Shown piece by piece: positions 26,886-41,400 of a DNA stretch of 64,000 nucleotides. Made by a program: the position numbers and the translations under genes. Under the pieces are notes generated by a model. It made no database searches and was not told the origin of the DNA. It worked only from the letters and a program-made list of their open reading frames with translations. This stretch comes from Callorhinchus milii (Eukaryota): positions 53,694,001 to 53,758,000 of the forward strand of contig NW_024704743.1 of NCBI RefSeq assembly GCF_018977255.1. The letters are read 5' to 3'. Positions within the stretch are counted from its first letter, which is position 1. Each line of letters begins with the position of its first letter.

Positions 26886-29349
26886 GATGCCTAAACATGG
26901 CATCTTGCCATTGGTGCCATCACTGCACTTTACAGTGTAGCCTGTGAAGCTCTTTGAGATTTCTCGATGACATGATAAAGCTCTATATCAAATACAAGGG
27001 TTATTATTATTATTATTTTGGTTTCCCATCTTTAGCTCTCTCTGATCCATCCACTGTGTCCCGGCTAGTATGGTGGCAGAGGTACCATTTTCAGGCCTAC
27101 AGCAATTGGACTCCATAGCCAGCCCAGCAGATGGTATCTGAGAATGAAATGGGGGGACTCTCTGTTTTTTTCTTATTGCTTCCAGGATAAGCATGACAGA
27201 ACTCAGGACTCAGTGTGTTGGAAGTACCCTGTCACATGAGTTTGGTGCAACTAATGAGTCTGTGCTCAGATAGAGTCAAAGTTGGGCTGCCCTTATCCTT
27301 CATGATTAACCTCACAATGTATTTTATTTTGAAAATGTTTTTGTTGCTGTTATTGTATTGGGATACACAGAAGAGAAAGGTTGCAGCTGCTTTAGTTGAT
27401 CTCATTTGTTTTTTGGGGGGTCTAGCACCCGCAGAAGCACATCACCTTGCTTACGAATATTCATACCAGACTGAAAGTTCAACACGTATACACCACTTGC
27501 ACATGCAAAATTCCCTGAGTCTGGATCTCATTCAAAAGGGTGTAATGAGGGAAAGATCTTTAGCACTGACAACTCTAAGTTCTGGTGTGGAAAATCAATT
27601 GGTGGTCTAATCCTAGTCAAGTTCAAATAAGATTCCCTGAGGATAAGTAATATTTGGATACTTTCTGTCTAGGTTTACATGCAAAGAAAGGTCACTTGGA
27701 TGAAAGATCTGGAGTCCAGAATTGGTCACTTGTTTGTTTTGTATAATTTTTCTACCCATTGGTGTACGCTTCTCTGGATGTGGTCTCCACCCCCTCCTCT
27801 TGCTGGGGAACTGTTACATGGGGTTTGGTTGCTCTCCAGTACATAGCCCAAATGCAATACAATACACATTTATACATACGTAGGATCTTTCACCTTGTAG
27901 AATGTCCCAAAGCGCTTAACAGTATTGGCTGTACACCTGACCTGGGGCGCTAGGAGCCAAGGGGATTTGGGATTTGAACAGTGAACTCCAAGTCCATAAG
28001 CACCATCGGGGCTGCCCCAGTCAGAGATTTTTTGTGGCTAATTTCAGGATATTTAAAAGATATTTTTGGAACATTTTGTTTTAAGAGTGCTTAGTAATTA
28101 GCTTGGAATTAGATAGTGAGGATCTTACAACTGGGTTAAGAAGGGGAAATCAGCTGGATTTCCTGTTCCTGATCACTGTAAAGTGATTCCAACTGGAAAA
28201 TGGGTGTTTGTGGATTTTGTGTGAAGATAAGTATTGGGCTGGGCTGTGACCCTTTCTGCAGTTAATAACCTGTCAACACCCACTGTTAAGATTCACTGAT
28301 AAATAATAGCCACTTGCGATGGCCCCAGCGCCCTTGGAACAGTATTTCAGTGGAAAGCAAAAGGGGTCAATTGCCTTCAGGAGAGGAAGTGCGGAGGAGA
28401 GAAAATTGATGTGGAAAATATAATCATGGCACTTGTTAAGGGTTCAAGAAGGATGCAGCAAAACATTGCCCAGAATGTAAATTGACAGTCTGGGTCAGCA
28501 AAAATGTAAAGACCCACACACTGAAATATTACAGTGACCACACTGAAGTTTATGAATAAATATCTGTGAGGGGAGGGGAATGTAACAAGAATTCCTGATA
28601 ATTTCATCACCAAATCAGGTTGAAACATCTTCAAGGACTTCAGAGTTTCACATCATGATTTACTTTGATGTGTAGTGGCTGTTGCTTAAGTTGGCAACTG
28701 TCAGCTAAGCTGCACCGGCAATGTCCCACAAACAGCAATGAGCTAAATCCTGTATTTATCCGTTTCTCGCTGATTTTAGATGAGATTACTCATTATAACC
28801 GAGTGCACATTGGAAGATTCACTACAATTATTGAACAGAGTGGAATAATACCCTCCCCCACCCCACCCCACATGTGTGCAACGAAGAGCTGGTGCAATCC
28901 GTTTAAAGGCTTATGTCAGTGACGGAAATGGAGATGGTTGAAGATGGAAACAATGTGCAGATGCTCTGATCTGTTTGTATGTTAGTGACCTTGTCAGAAT
29001 TTCATATGCTTTGGATGGTGGTCAGAAAGGGGAACTGTTCAAGTATAATTAACAGGAAGTACACGACAGACTGTTTATTTTCTCATGCTTTGCTGACCAT
29101 ATCTTGACATGAATAATACATTAATTGCATTTAGATGACAATGTTTAAGCATTTCATGCTTCACAGGGGTTTGCAGCTGAATAATTGTTTCATCTGGTTA
29201 TGATAACTCCAAGCATAGTTGCTTTGTAAAATTATGAGCGATCTGTATAAAAAAACAAATGGAAGGTAATGATTCTCTTAGCTAATTTGCCAGTGAGTGC
29301 ACAGAATAATGTCTCAGGCTTGTTAAAAAGCAGAGACTAACTGTTTTGT

Positions 29350-29712
29350 TTAATAATAATAATCCTTGAGCCTTATCATGTCTTCGAGATGTCTCAAAGC
29401 GCTTCACAGAATATATTGTAAAACAAATTCACTGTATATTTTGTGGGCAAAACACGGCAGCCAATTGCACACAGCAGTGTCCCACAAACAGTTGTGGATT
29501 GAAGTGACCAATTTATTATTGTTTTTGAAGGAATTCTTACCCCCGGAAAAACAATTCACCAATCGACTAACAACTGGGTTCCTACTTATCGCTAGGTAAA
29601 CAGAGGCGTGTGAAGTAAGGAAACTTTCCCAACATTTTGCCATGCTCTGGAATCAAACTCAGGTCTCTTGCTCGAGAGGCAAGTGCTCTAATCACTGAGC
29701 TGCAGGATTCCA
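29350..29712 (-). mobile_element. tRNA-derived SINE (long variant)
   Basis: Head, body and tail present. Confidence 0.88.
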
Positions 29713-29739
29713 CGTGCACGTTAATGTGCAATTCAAGCA

Positions 29740-30390
29740 CAAGGTGGGAGGGTAAGGTAAGCACTTTTGAAGGGGTAGGTTTTAAGGTGGGATATAAAAA
29801 CAATAGAGAGACGGTAAAATGGGGAATAGTGGGAGGGAATTACAGCAGTTAGGGGGTGTAAGATCTGAAGACCCAGCGAGCCCAAGTTACCAAGATGACG
29901 GGGCGATCAGAGGAGTGTGGTAGAAAATTGGAGAGATAAGAGGTGTTAGGGATTTAAAGGTGACGGTAAGAATCTTGATATCAATCTGTTGGGAGCCAGT
30001 GGAGCTTGGTGAGGACTGGGGTGATTGCTGCATTGTGTTTGGTTCTGGTGAAGATGTGGATTGTGGAACTTTGGATGAGTTGAGGCTTATGAATGGTGAA
30101 ACTAAGGACATCAGTGAGGCGTGTATTGCAAAAGTCTAAGCAGAAGGAAACTACGTGTTTCAGTGGCATTGGGTGTGAAATAGGAGTGGAGGTGGGCAAT
30201 GTGGTGGAGGTGAAGGAAAATGATATTGGTGAGGGACAGAATGTGAGAGAGAAAGGAAAGCTGTACATTGAACCAGACAGCAAAGTTATAGATTGGTTCA
30301 AGGAGTTTGAGAGAGAAGCCAGACAAGTTGAGAAGGTCAGAGCCAGAAGAGAGGAGACACAGAATATAGGGTCCAACCTTGCTGTATTTC
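29740..30390 (-). mobile_element. Old, degraded L2 LINE fragment
   Basis: LDFCN and ITPVLTKLHWLP motifs. Confidence 0.75.
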
Positions 30391-30404
30391 AAAACCAAAA
30401 TGAG

Positions 30405-30657
30405 GCCTGAAATTCAACCTTGTTGTAGCATGTAAGAGCATTTTATCTTAAAATTTAAGATTGTGGAGATTTGAGGAAAATTCTTAAATTTATACTTAAT
30501 TTGGAACCTAGTTTGTTTTAAGAACCTAGTTTGTTTTGGTTTTAAGAAAATCAGCATCCAAATTAAGACTGAATTGAAGAATTTTACCCAATTGTGTGCC
30601 ATGTTAAATTTTAAGACAAAATTGTCTTACAGGCTCAGACAAAGTTGAATTTTAGGC
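30405..30657. mobile_element. MITE with about 57-bp imperfect terminal inverted repeats
   Basis: gcctgaaattcaaccttgt...tcttaaaatttaag pairs with ttaaattttaagac...acaaagttgaattttaggc; related copy at about 24958-25191. Confidence 0.75.
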
Positions 30658-31139
30658 TTATGATTTCTTACCTAAGAAATTTGAATGTAGGCTTCTTCTT
30701 GTAGCTGAATGTCAATTTTGAGGGAACCCACTTCTGAAAATAGATCCAGTTAGGATTTTCCCTCATGGCAGCACATGGAAATCCTGTTAATAAATATCGT
30801 AAAATTGACCCCATAGTGATGTAGGAAAGTAAACTTCTCTAGTGGAGTACCTCCAAAATTTTTATTTGATTCTTGTATTATCTTCCAGGAAGAATTGATT
30901 AAAAACCACCCCTTTGTCATCTTGTAATAAATTTGTTAGACATCTTCTGAAGTGTTGCTGCTTTATAGCACACATCAAACTGTCGTTTAATGCTTAGAAA
31001 GACAGACTAATGCCATAGATTGTGAATCCAGTTCGTCAGTCATTAAATGGATCAAAGTTCAAGTGGCGTACTGATAAAGGGTCGTACCTGAAATGTGCCG
31101 AACAATGTTCTGTACATTGTCAGGGTTCACTGTATTTAT

Positions 31140-31370
31140 GAACATAGGAACATGGGAACAGGAGTAGGCCATTCAGCCCCTCGAGCTTGTTCTGACATTC
31201 TATTTGATCATGGCTGATCCGAACCTCAAATCCAATTACCCGCCATTGCCCCATATCCCTGGATACCCTTACCTAACAAAAATCTATCCACCTCAGTCTT
31301 TAAAATTTGAATGGATCCAGCATCCACAGCCTTTTGGGGAACAGAGTTCCAGATTTTCATGACCCTTTCA
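31140..31370 (-). mobile_element. CR1 LINE 3' end
   Basis: ERVMKIWNSVPQKAVDAGS..LKTEVDRFL peptide; tail with cctgttcc...atgttc. Confidence 0.8.
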
Positions 31371-32321
31371 GATTTGCAGCATTCAGGTTGTCCTCTTGTT
31401 TGATGCCGAGGGTTACTTCGCATGGCTAATTTTCATTCTGTTTCCTGCCATTGACTGAGGCAGCAGAAGCCACTTGGAAATGGGCCAGAGGTAAGGAACA
31501 AATGGTAAGTATATATAAGCATATTGCTCAGTACTGAAGACATAGTAGTTCAAAACTAGTTTTGGCTTTCCACTGGAGAAAAACTTATCATTTCTTATTG
31601 CCAGATACAGTAACCTGGTCTCAGTGATGCCCAATACACCCACAGCCAACAGCAAAGACTCTATATATTAAATATGTATTTTTAAAGTTGCTAACATCAA
31701 CTGTAATGTTTAAGTTTTATTGGAACAATAATAATCACACAGAGGAAAGATAGAATATATAAACACGACAGAATATAGCCATGCTCTGGGTTTGAGGAGC
31801 ACTGATAAAGATCAAATTGCTTTCCACCTGCAATGCTATGTTTGAGAAATTCATCCTGGGTTTGTCAAGCTTCAACAGGAATATGGCTCATAGTTGAATA
31901 TTTATACTTTAAGCATCTTTTTCTCCATTGTCGACACACAGTTAGGCCAGACCGGAAAGGTTTTCAGTGTGTTACACAAAAATCACCTCTCTTAATTATT
32001 AAATGTGAATTATAACCTTCTGACTAGTGTGGAGCAGAAATTGAAACGTGAGCCACCAGGGATTAGGGGGGGGGGGAAAGGAGGACTACTGTGGGAAAAG
32101 AGGAAATAGTGCATAATGGGACATCCTGCACCTGTAGATGACCTCATGCAGTATGTGGTGTACAATGCAGAATGCAGATTATATGCATAATAGAAGCAAA
32201 TGGTTGGGTGGAGTAGGTAACACAGCAGCTTGTCAAACAGAACCCAGTGGGCTCGGCTATAAACTGAAATACATTGCTGTGGAGAAACGAATAATGAAAA
32301 TCTGTGACGGGCTGTGAGAGG

Positions 32322-32495
32322 ATGGCTCAGCAGAATGATATTCCTGGCAGTCTCTGTGTCCCAGAAGTGGGACTTTTAGCTGCTTTAAAATGGAGCAGAA
32401 ATGCAAAGGAACAAGGACATTTAAAACAGAGGATAAAAGACCTTCCTTCACTACTAAAAAATGGATTTAATTTCAGGAAGAAGCAGGCAGATATG
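32322..32495 (+). CDS. RAPGEF5: RAPGEF5-like coding exon 1 (MAQQNDIPGSL...LKQRIKDLPSLLKNGFNFRKKQADM)
   Basis: ATG at 32322 with an in-frame upstream TGA at 32295. Motif resembles RAPGEF5 LRPRLRDLPALLRSGLTLRRK. Phase-0 donor ATG|gtaact at 32496. Confidence 0.8.
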
Positions 32496-35400
32496 GTAAC
32501 TATACAGCTCTGTACTTTAATGAAACCTTCTAATGTACCAGGACTGAGCTTTTTCACAGGAGGAGCTGTGTTATTTTGCTATTTGTGTGCTTTTATAAAA
32601 ATTGATAGATATTGTGGAATATGCAGGAGGAAGCTGACTGTCAACATTGTTCACTGTCAATATTTAGAAAGGGTGTGTTTGTGGGTGATGCTTGGTAACG
32701 GAATCAAAACCTTTAGAACTGAATTGCTGTTCGACAAACCCGTGTTAAATGGCAACTGGAAAGTATGAAAGTTAACATTGTACAGGTATTTTCTATTCTA
32801 AAAATGGAGCACTAGTAATGCACTGATGCATTAAGAACGGAAAATATTGTTGTGTAAAAGCAGTGTGTGAAAGTTCGCCTGCAAAGTTTAATTGTTCGCT
32901 TGGTAATCGTTTAGTAGGAAATAACATTATGGGAGATAGTACAAAGGTAGTTCGGGACATATGTGCATGTGACTGCCAGAAAGGTGGAAAGCGAACTAGA
33001 TGGACCTTGGTCTTTTTTCGTCTAGCATTTTATGTTTTATACGTAATGTGAGGTTAAAATCCTGAAGGTTTACTTACTGCTGAAAAAACTATTTAGCTGA
33101 TTGCGGTTTGTTGTGGCTGCAACACCGCAGAGCTGGTTGTTCAGGGCTAGAGAGTAACCCGGTGGGGACTAGGCAGAGCTAAATTTGAAATAATAGATAC
33201 CCAGGAGGATACGAATCGAGGAGTTCAGATAATAAAGAACAGAAAGGTTTATTGCATTTTCTGGCATGACTTGTACTGCAAGACTCTGCTGCTGTCTGTT
33301 ATCGTATAGAATTAAAAGAAGAGTAAAGCAAGAGGGCAGTTGGTGGCACAGTGTTAATATACCACACAGCGAAGTGGAGACAGTTTTTCCTTTGTGGTTT
33401 CCTAGGTGAGGACTTGTTTCCCTAAGTCTGGTTATCTGCGGAGAACCACCAGATGGAGGTGAGGTGCTTTCCTTAACATTAGGGGAGAAAATCTGGAGAA
33501 GTGGTTAGTCCATAATGCTTATATACTCTAAAAGAGTGACATTAGATTGTCAAAGGCTAGGAATAGATGGAAAGTGACATTCCAAATAGGAGGATGAAAT
33601 AACGTGAAAACGTGAAACAGGAGGAATATAGTTATTAACTACTTAATGAATTTATTGCTCTCTGTTATACGTACTGTCTCAAGCAATGCCAATGTTCAAA
33701 TATTTTTAGGTAAATATATATCAGATTATGCTGACAGGTGACTGATAGATATTGGATATTGCAAGTGGCTTAGTTTCTCAGCACACTTTCCCAGTTTATA
33801 ACGTATCACGTATATTAAATCACTAATTGGGTGCGAGGTACAGGCGGTTAGCACTATTGACTTCTGAAGCCTGGTTTAGAATCCAGCAGCTTGTAGAGAA
33901 AGTGTTCTCTGTTTGCTGACTGTCCTATGTGATGGACAGTGTCAATCCAGCAGGAGTCATGGTTATGTGATCTCTCTGCACAGAACAGCCCGTAATTTAC
34001 TCCTACTTCCAACCTCACTTAGACACAGTGGAATGACTGTTGGTGTATATTGTGATGTGTTGAGGAATGTTCTTTTGAGTCTTAGGTAAATGCATCTTGA
34101 TGAGGTAAAGTTGAGTATCCAGTTGGACAAAAGCCCTGTTTCGGTGTCATCTCATTCTATGTAGCTCTTTATGTGTCTGTTTTACCCCTTATTTTGGTAG
34201 TGTGCAATGTTGACAGAAATAGAAAAGCTTTTGCATTCACAACACCTTCACCTTATGAAACAGATAAGAATACTAAAAATATAGAGTTTTTTAAAAAAGA
34301 AAACCCTTGTATTTCCATAACTATGGTTAAGTAAAAATGATATTTACCTACTGGTGAGGTCAGAAGGAAGTTGTAATATCACCACACCAGTGATTTTGTT
34401 TTAATTGCCAAATAATAAATCCCTTAAGGATTAGAAAGCAGATAACCGACTAACTAGAAAATTACCAAATACACATCTATTACATATATTTAATTTCACA
34501 GAGTTGACCGTAACATATTTATAGAAATGAAACTAAATTATAATGGATCACAATTGATATCACCTATTATTTTTTAAATATTAATGCACCCTGCTTAAGA
34601 CATAGCAATAACAATAATTCCTCTTAACTTAATGTATTTTATGGTTGTGTACTTTTAAAACTCAATTTTTTTGTTTGATGATATGTGTATTAATTTGGGC
34701 TTTTTTCCAAAGGCTTTTATATTCTTTCAGAATCGGTTTCTTGTGCACTTGTAAATTATCGTATGCCCCAGTTAGCAGTGAGCAGTGTGCTGTAGAGTAA
34801 AGCTATTTCCAGAATGTCAGCCGTTGTGATATAACAGCTGTGGGATCTTTCTATTTTAAGGCTCAAAATTGCTGACGTTCACCATTTGCAAACTACACAA
34901 GCACTTTCAATGAACTGACCCATTTTGTTGAAAATATATTGATTAGTCGTGGATAATTGACTGTGATATTTATATGAAAATGAGTATCCCCTTTGTATCT
35001 TTTAGCTAGTTAGTGTAGACTGTCAAATGGCAACATTGGTCATCACTAAACATTCATTAGATATGGTTTTGACTCTAAGAGATTGCAGGTCAAGTAATTC
35101 ACTATGCTATTTATTGTTTCAGTACAGTCCATAAGTTTGTTTGATAAATAATAATAATGCTTGCATTAGGAATAGCGCCGTATTATGCCACTAAGACGTT
35201 TCAAAAGTGATGTAGCACTTTCCATGTTGAGAGGAAGTCTCTTAGACGAGGTGAGGGAGGGAGTGAATGTATGAATTTCTATCCAAAACCTTTTTTTTTG
35301 TTAAATTTTATCATATAATTTCTTCTGGACAGAATTTGTTGCGATTTCTATGAATAGGTGCTGATGCAAATGTTGCAAACCAGAAAAGTTGTGTCTTTGA

Positions 35401-38400
35401 ATCTCAAGGCAGTAAAGCATTCGACTTGCTTGCTTTGGTCAGGTACGTTTTATCAGCAGGCAGTTAAATGGGCTACTGGCTGGTAGCAAAGTGTTTCTTC
35501 TCTAGGGGTTAGAATGCAGTTTCCCTCCAAGTTGAATTATGCTTCCTGTCTTATCATGGAACTTGGTCTTTGGAGCAATCTGTGACTCACCCCACAGGAT
35601 GTGCGGTAGGAAATTGTGCGAAAGAAAAGTATAACTCCTAGCAGTTACTTGCAGTAAGTAGGAACCCGGTTGTTAGTCGATTGATGGATCACTTTTTCAG
35701 GGATAATAATTCCTTCAACAAAAAAGATTGGTCACTCAATCCACGACTGTTTGTGGGACACTGCTGTGCGCAATTGGCTGCCGCGTTCGCCCACAAATAT
35801 ACAGTCAATTCACTTTACAGTGTGTTCTGTGAAGCGCTTTGGGACGTCTTCCCGATGTGAAAAGTGCTATATCAAATGCAAGGATTATTATTATTATTAT
35901 TATTATTCTGTGAAGTGCTTTGAGACGTCTCGAAAGTGTAATAAGGCGGAAAGACTTGAAGGAACCCATGGAGAGAAGGGAGTTTCTCCCAGCGTCCTGG
36001 CCAATATTCCTCCAGATAAAAAAATGATTATTGATTTCACAGATGTTTGTGGGACATTGTTTTGCGTAAAAATTGGCTTCTTTGTTTCCCTACAAATGTG
36101 GAACCACTGTATCCAGAAAATGTTTACAGGGGTTATAGAAACTCTGTGAATTGCTCAGAGGCATTGTAAAGGGAATGGCACTATATCAAATACAAATTAT
36201 TATTATTAGGTGTGGTATTCCAGGGATGTCAGAATTTTTCAAATGCCTCTTTGTTTTGTGCCAGTGATTTTTACCATTTCACCAATTAAACAGCGGAAGC
36301 TTAACATAAAGCAAGGCTTAGCTGCAGTGCTTCAAAGCAGTACTTTTAAAAGTAATGTCAGACATTAATATTTTCCAGTAAAAATCCAAGGTCATTGTTA
36401 AAAGTAGAAGCTATGACTCTCCCAGTGCAAGTCGACTGATAGGTTTGAGCTGAAAGCACTTGTACTGTGCCTGCTTATAGCTTAGTTTAGTCTGGGGAAA
36501 GAGTGCTTTCTTTAGATTTCCTATCTTGCATTGAAAACCCAGGATGGTAGGGAGTTGAGGGGTGGCACTCTGAACTCCATGCATTATTCTAACATTGTTG
36601 TAAATCTGCAGAAAATTATAAAACAGAATTAAGTGCTCAAGAAGATTTTGCAATATTTTCAAGAGGTTTGGAATCTGATAGGGAACATTCGGGATTGAGA
36701 GTTGCCATGGAAATGGAGCAGTGCCTAATTGTGATTGTGTACCTCCCTGCCCACTGCAAGTGTCTTTTGCTTCTGTAAATTCATATGCCTAATTGCCAGT
36801 CAATAAAAATTGAATACCTGCATTGGCGGCTTCTCAGGGACTCAGTGCAGATTTAATAATAATAATAATCCTCACATTTGATATTGCACCTTTCACGTCT
36901 GAACAATGTCTCAAAGTGTTTCAAAGGACTTCGCCGTTAAATATAGTGATTGTGTATTTAGTACACAGAATAGATTTCTTTTACATTAGGTTGATCCAAA
37001 CATAGAGCACCTGTGAGACATAGCCCCGCAAACTAAAATCCAAACACGTGTCATGATTTTATTATAACTGTAACACAATTTTTAAGAGTAAATCACAAAA
37101 GAATCACTCTGCAAAGATACTGCTAAGACAATAAATTACAGAATAACTAAATCATTAACTCACTAAGGTCTGCCCTGCACGATGCCTTAATGGAAATTCT
37201 TAATAAGATATTAGAAGTCCCATCAAATCTGCTCCGAAAGTAGAATGCATTTGAGTAGCATTCCCACAAGTTGGCATGAGGGGATGTGCTGTAGTTCCAA
37301 CAAATTAGTCTCCATTTGGACAACTTGGATTTCTCATTAAGGAAACTCATTTAGAAATATCATAAATTAGACTTTGATCATTTGTAAATGAGAGAAATTT
37401 ATAGCTTCCCTGCAAAAATATGTTTTTTTTACCTACAATGTTATCAGATGACACAACTGGGAATTAACCCGAAGCACAGTGAGAAGTTATTGTTGTAACA
37501 TTCAGCAAGACATTTACTGTGATAATCCTTCATGTTAAATGCCGCCCATTTAGTGATTTGAGAAAAGAATTAACATTTTGTGCACTGTCAAGAATAAAAC
37601 AAAGGTCAAAGCGTATTCAAAAATTATTATTGATATGCAAAAGTTATTTTTATTGCATATTTTATTCCACTTACACTTGTTAATATTCAGTACCACAACT
37701 CTACAGGAGGAGAAATAATTGTGATTGATGGATTTTGGAAACTGCTCATGTTTAGCAAAGTGGCAAAAAGATTCAGTGTTGAAGGGATTTAAAAGTGCTG
37801 TGGTTTTAATGTGATGTTAAAAACAACGATTAATGTTATAACATTTTAAATTGTTTCTTTTTATTCAAATATCACTGATCATGGATAACACTTTCAGATA
37901 TAAATGGATCAGGGTAATATAAACCCCCAAAATAAGGAATTTCCAGCATTCCCAACGAATTCTAATCTTAATAGGAAGATCACCAAGAAGTGCCTTTGTT
38001 GTAAATTCCAAATAGTCAATTAATGCAGGTATTGTAAGACATCTGGATGGTGCTTTGCAGTCCGAATGATGTGGACTCCTGTACACGAGAAGGGAGGTAG
38101 GAGGAGGAAGCTTAGCTGATGTAGCATTGGCATCCTGTCTGAGGCAAAGGACAATAAACCCTCAGCAGGGCTAAGATGACGTGATATCTTGCATTAATGA
38201 GACAATAATATAATCCTGGATTCCAAAGGTTATTTCCATGATTACTTTCACAAGACAGTAAAGATTGTCGAGATATGTGAGGCACCTGGAGTCTTGATGT
38301 GAGTGAGGCATGTATATGTGCCCTTGCGTAAGAATGGTAGGATAAGTGCCATCCACATTGTCCCTCAGAGATCTCAAGGTGGGAACACAAATGTGATTTA

Positions 38401-41400
38401 ACCTCAGGCACCACCAGTGTACTTTATCTGTGCAATTTATTTTTAGTACTTCAAGGACGAGGTGAAAATTTACTTCTGGTACAGTTTTGGAAATTGGATA
38501 GAAATCAGAAGTAATTTCTATTACTGTTCTAACATTAATAATAATAATCCTTGCATTTTATATGGCGCTTTTCACGACTTCCAGACGTCTCAAAGCGCTT
38601 CACAGAATATAATGTAAAGTGAATTGACTGTATATTTGTGGGCGAAACGCAGCAGCCAATTGCGCAAGGTGGAGTCGTATATTGAGTTACCAAATTATTA
38701 TTGTTTTTTTCTTGAGGGATTATTATCAGGCGTATGGAGTAAAGAAACTTGCTCAAGATTTCGCCCTACTGGGAACCAAACCCAGGTCTCTCACTTGCGA
38801 GGCGAGTGCTTTAACCACTGAGCTACAGATTACATTGTTACATTGTTCTAACATTTAACAAGACATTTACCGTGATGATCCTTCATATTAAATACAGCCC
38901 ATTTAGAGATTTGAGAAAGGAATCAGTAATTTTGAGCCTTAAAATAGAATAATCCCACAGCTGTTATATTTTCTATTTTTCAGTCCCATTTCCAGTCCAG
39001 GGAGACTGAGACCAATTAAAGTGGCCCAGCAGCAAGACTGGCTAACACAACACAGAACATTGTCCATATGCCTCACTGATACACCCCGCAGTGCCTACAG
39101 TCAGCTCATTAGCACAGCTGAAAATCCCATTAATGCTCATTCTTAGGTGTTTGGTTCTCAAAAAAGGTGGATTTTTTGTTTGTTTTTGTGATTGTGCACA
39201 TGCACCCCTCTAAAACTGGTTTTCCAGGAAAGAGGTAGGTAGGCAACCTTATGATGAAGATTTAGAACTCATGTGGTCTAGCCTGACACTTCATTGAAGT
39301 TCTGGGGAAGTAGAAAGTTTCTCCCTATGTCCTGACCTGTGATCCCCCACTTTGGCTGTTTGTGGAAATGTTACTGATTATATTTTGAGGTTCTCCTGAT
39401 TGGCTTCCGTCAGTGCCTCCTCACCTCAAGCGCTGACAGCATCACCGTCCATGGTTGCACACTCCACCTTACTAAGCCAGTCTGGAACATTGGGGTCTTG
39501 TTTGACCCTCAACTATCCTTTCTACCCCACATCTGCGCCATGATCCGCTCTGCCTTCCCTCACCTCCGTAACGTCGCCCGGCTCCGACACTGTCTCACAC
39601 CGCAGGCCGCCGAAGCCCTCAACCACGCCTTCATTACATCGAGGCTCGACTATGCAAACTCATTGCTTGTCGGCCTCCCCATCTCCTCCCTCCACAAGAT
39701 GCAGATCATCCAGAACTCTGCAGTCCGTGTCCTCTCCCGCACCAGGCTCCGCGACCCTATCACCCCCTTTCTCGCCCAACTCCACTGGTTTCCCATCACA
39801 CAGAGGATATAGTTCAAGATCCTGGTCCTCACCTTCAAAACTCTCCATGGTCTTGCTCCCCCCGACCTCTGCGACCCCCTAACCCCCTACCATCCTGCTC
39901 ACTCCCTCCGTTAAGCAGGCTCCGGCCTGCTTCGTCCCCTGCCTTGCTCGCCCCACTATTGGCGGGTGGGCTTTCCGCCACTCTGCATCCACCCTCTGGA
40001 ACTCCATCCCGCAGTCCCTCCATCTCGCCCCCTCCCTCTCCACCTTCAAGATCCACCTCAAGACCCTCCTCTTCAACCATGCTTTTGATCTCCCTGCTTC
40101 CCACCCCTGCCCTCCACCCTCCCCCATCCCGACCCCCAGCTCGGGTCCGTAACTCTGTCTGTTCAGCGCCTTGGGACTTCCTCCCCATGTGAAAGGCGCT
40201 ATACAAATGTAATTTTGTTGTTATTGTTGTTGTGGAATATTGCTGTGTGTAAATCGGATGCCATATTTGACTAAAAAATAGACACTTTACAGTAAATTTT
40301 GTGGAGTGTTTTCACATGTCCTCCCAATGCGAAATTCTCTTTATCAAGGCTCTATGTCTAGACCAATTAAAGTACATTGAGAAAGTATAACAGTGTGTCT
40401 TTTCTAGAATAATAAATGATCCTGTGTGAAAGTGAGCTTCCATTTTTAGGACTTAAGACAGAAAAAACAAAATTGTTCTCTTGTAAACAAAACACAAAAT
40501 ACTGCAGATGCTGGAAATCTGAAAACAAAAACAAACACTGGGAACACTCAGTAGGTCAGGCAGCATCTATGGAGAAAGGAAAGTGAGTCAACGTTTCGGG
40601 TCCACGACCCTTCATCAGAACTGGGGCAAAATGTTCTCTTGTATGATACCCTACCATAGTTTGATCTGCTATTCAATTCTGCACAAAATCCCACAAATAG
40701 CCATGAGGTAAAAAAAACAATTTATCTGGAGGACTGATGGCCCAGATACCAGGAGAAACTTCTCTTCTAATAATGCTATGGAATCTTCACAGTACCACTG
40801 AACTGCAGAAGGGATCTCAGTTTAATGTTTCATTGAATGGATGGTACGTCCAACAATGCAGTCCTCCTTCAGTACTGCCAGCCCAGACTAGGGGGGTACA
40901 TTTCTGACGTTAAACGTTTGATGTGATAACTAATGCTGCACAATGAATATCTTAAAAGTTTATAAATTTCATTCCTTTAAGTCTCAAATTCCAGAGTTGG
41001 GGCTCACACCAAAACCTTCTTACCCAAAGTGTAAAACAACTGATTCAATGCCTCTGCTTCATTTTATTAGTTAGTTAATTTTGTTTCCAAAAAACTGAAC
41101 CAACATCGTCTGGCTCTTTGTAGAGAAGAGTACTATGTTGGGATAACATTCTCTTAGCCTCATCAGCATTCAGTGACGTTCCCTCACCCATTTTGTCAGG
41201 AAACAGCCAGATTAGATCATGGCACTATTTCAAGATTTCTTTAAAAGGACATGAGCAGGAGGTTTTAGATTGAATTCCGAACAAGAGCCTAAATATACTA
41301 GGAAATGAAATTGAAAGCTGTTGCGTTACACCCGCTCTCTCATTCAGTTGTTGCCTCAAATGTAATTTATGTATAAAGTTAAAGGAATGCAAAGATGTCA

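Noticed and set aside
32304..32768. 154-aa ORF as a single-exon gene
   Set aside because: Similarity stops at the gtaact donor (32496); the rest is intronic read-through.
33830..34030. LF-SINE-like ancient element
   Set aside because: Only a vague resemblance; too degenerate to support by eye.
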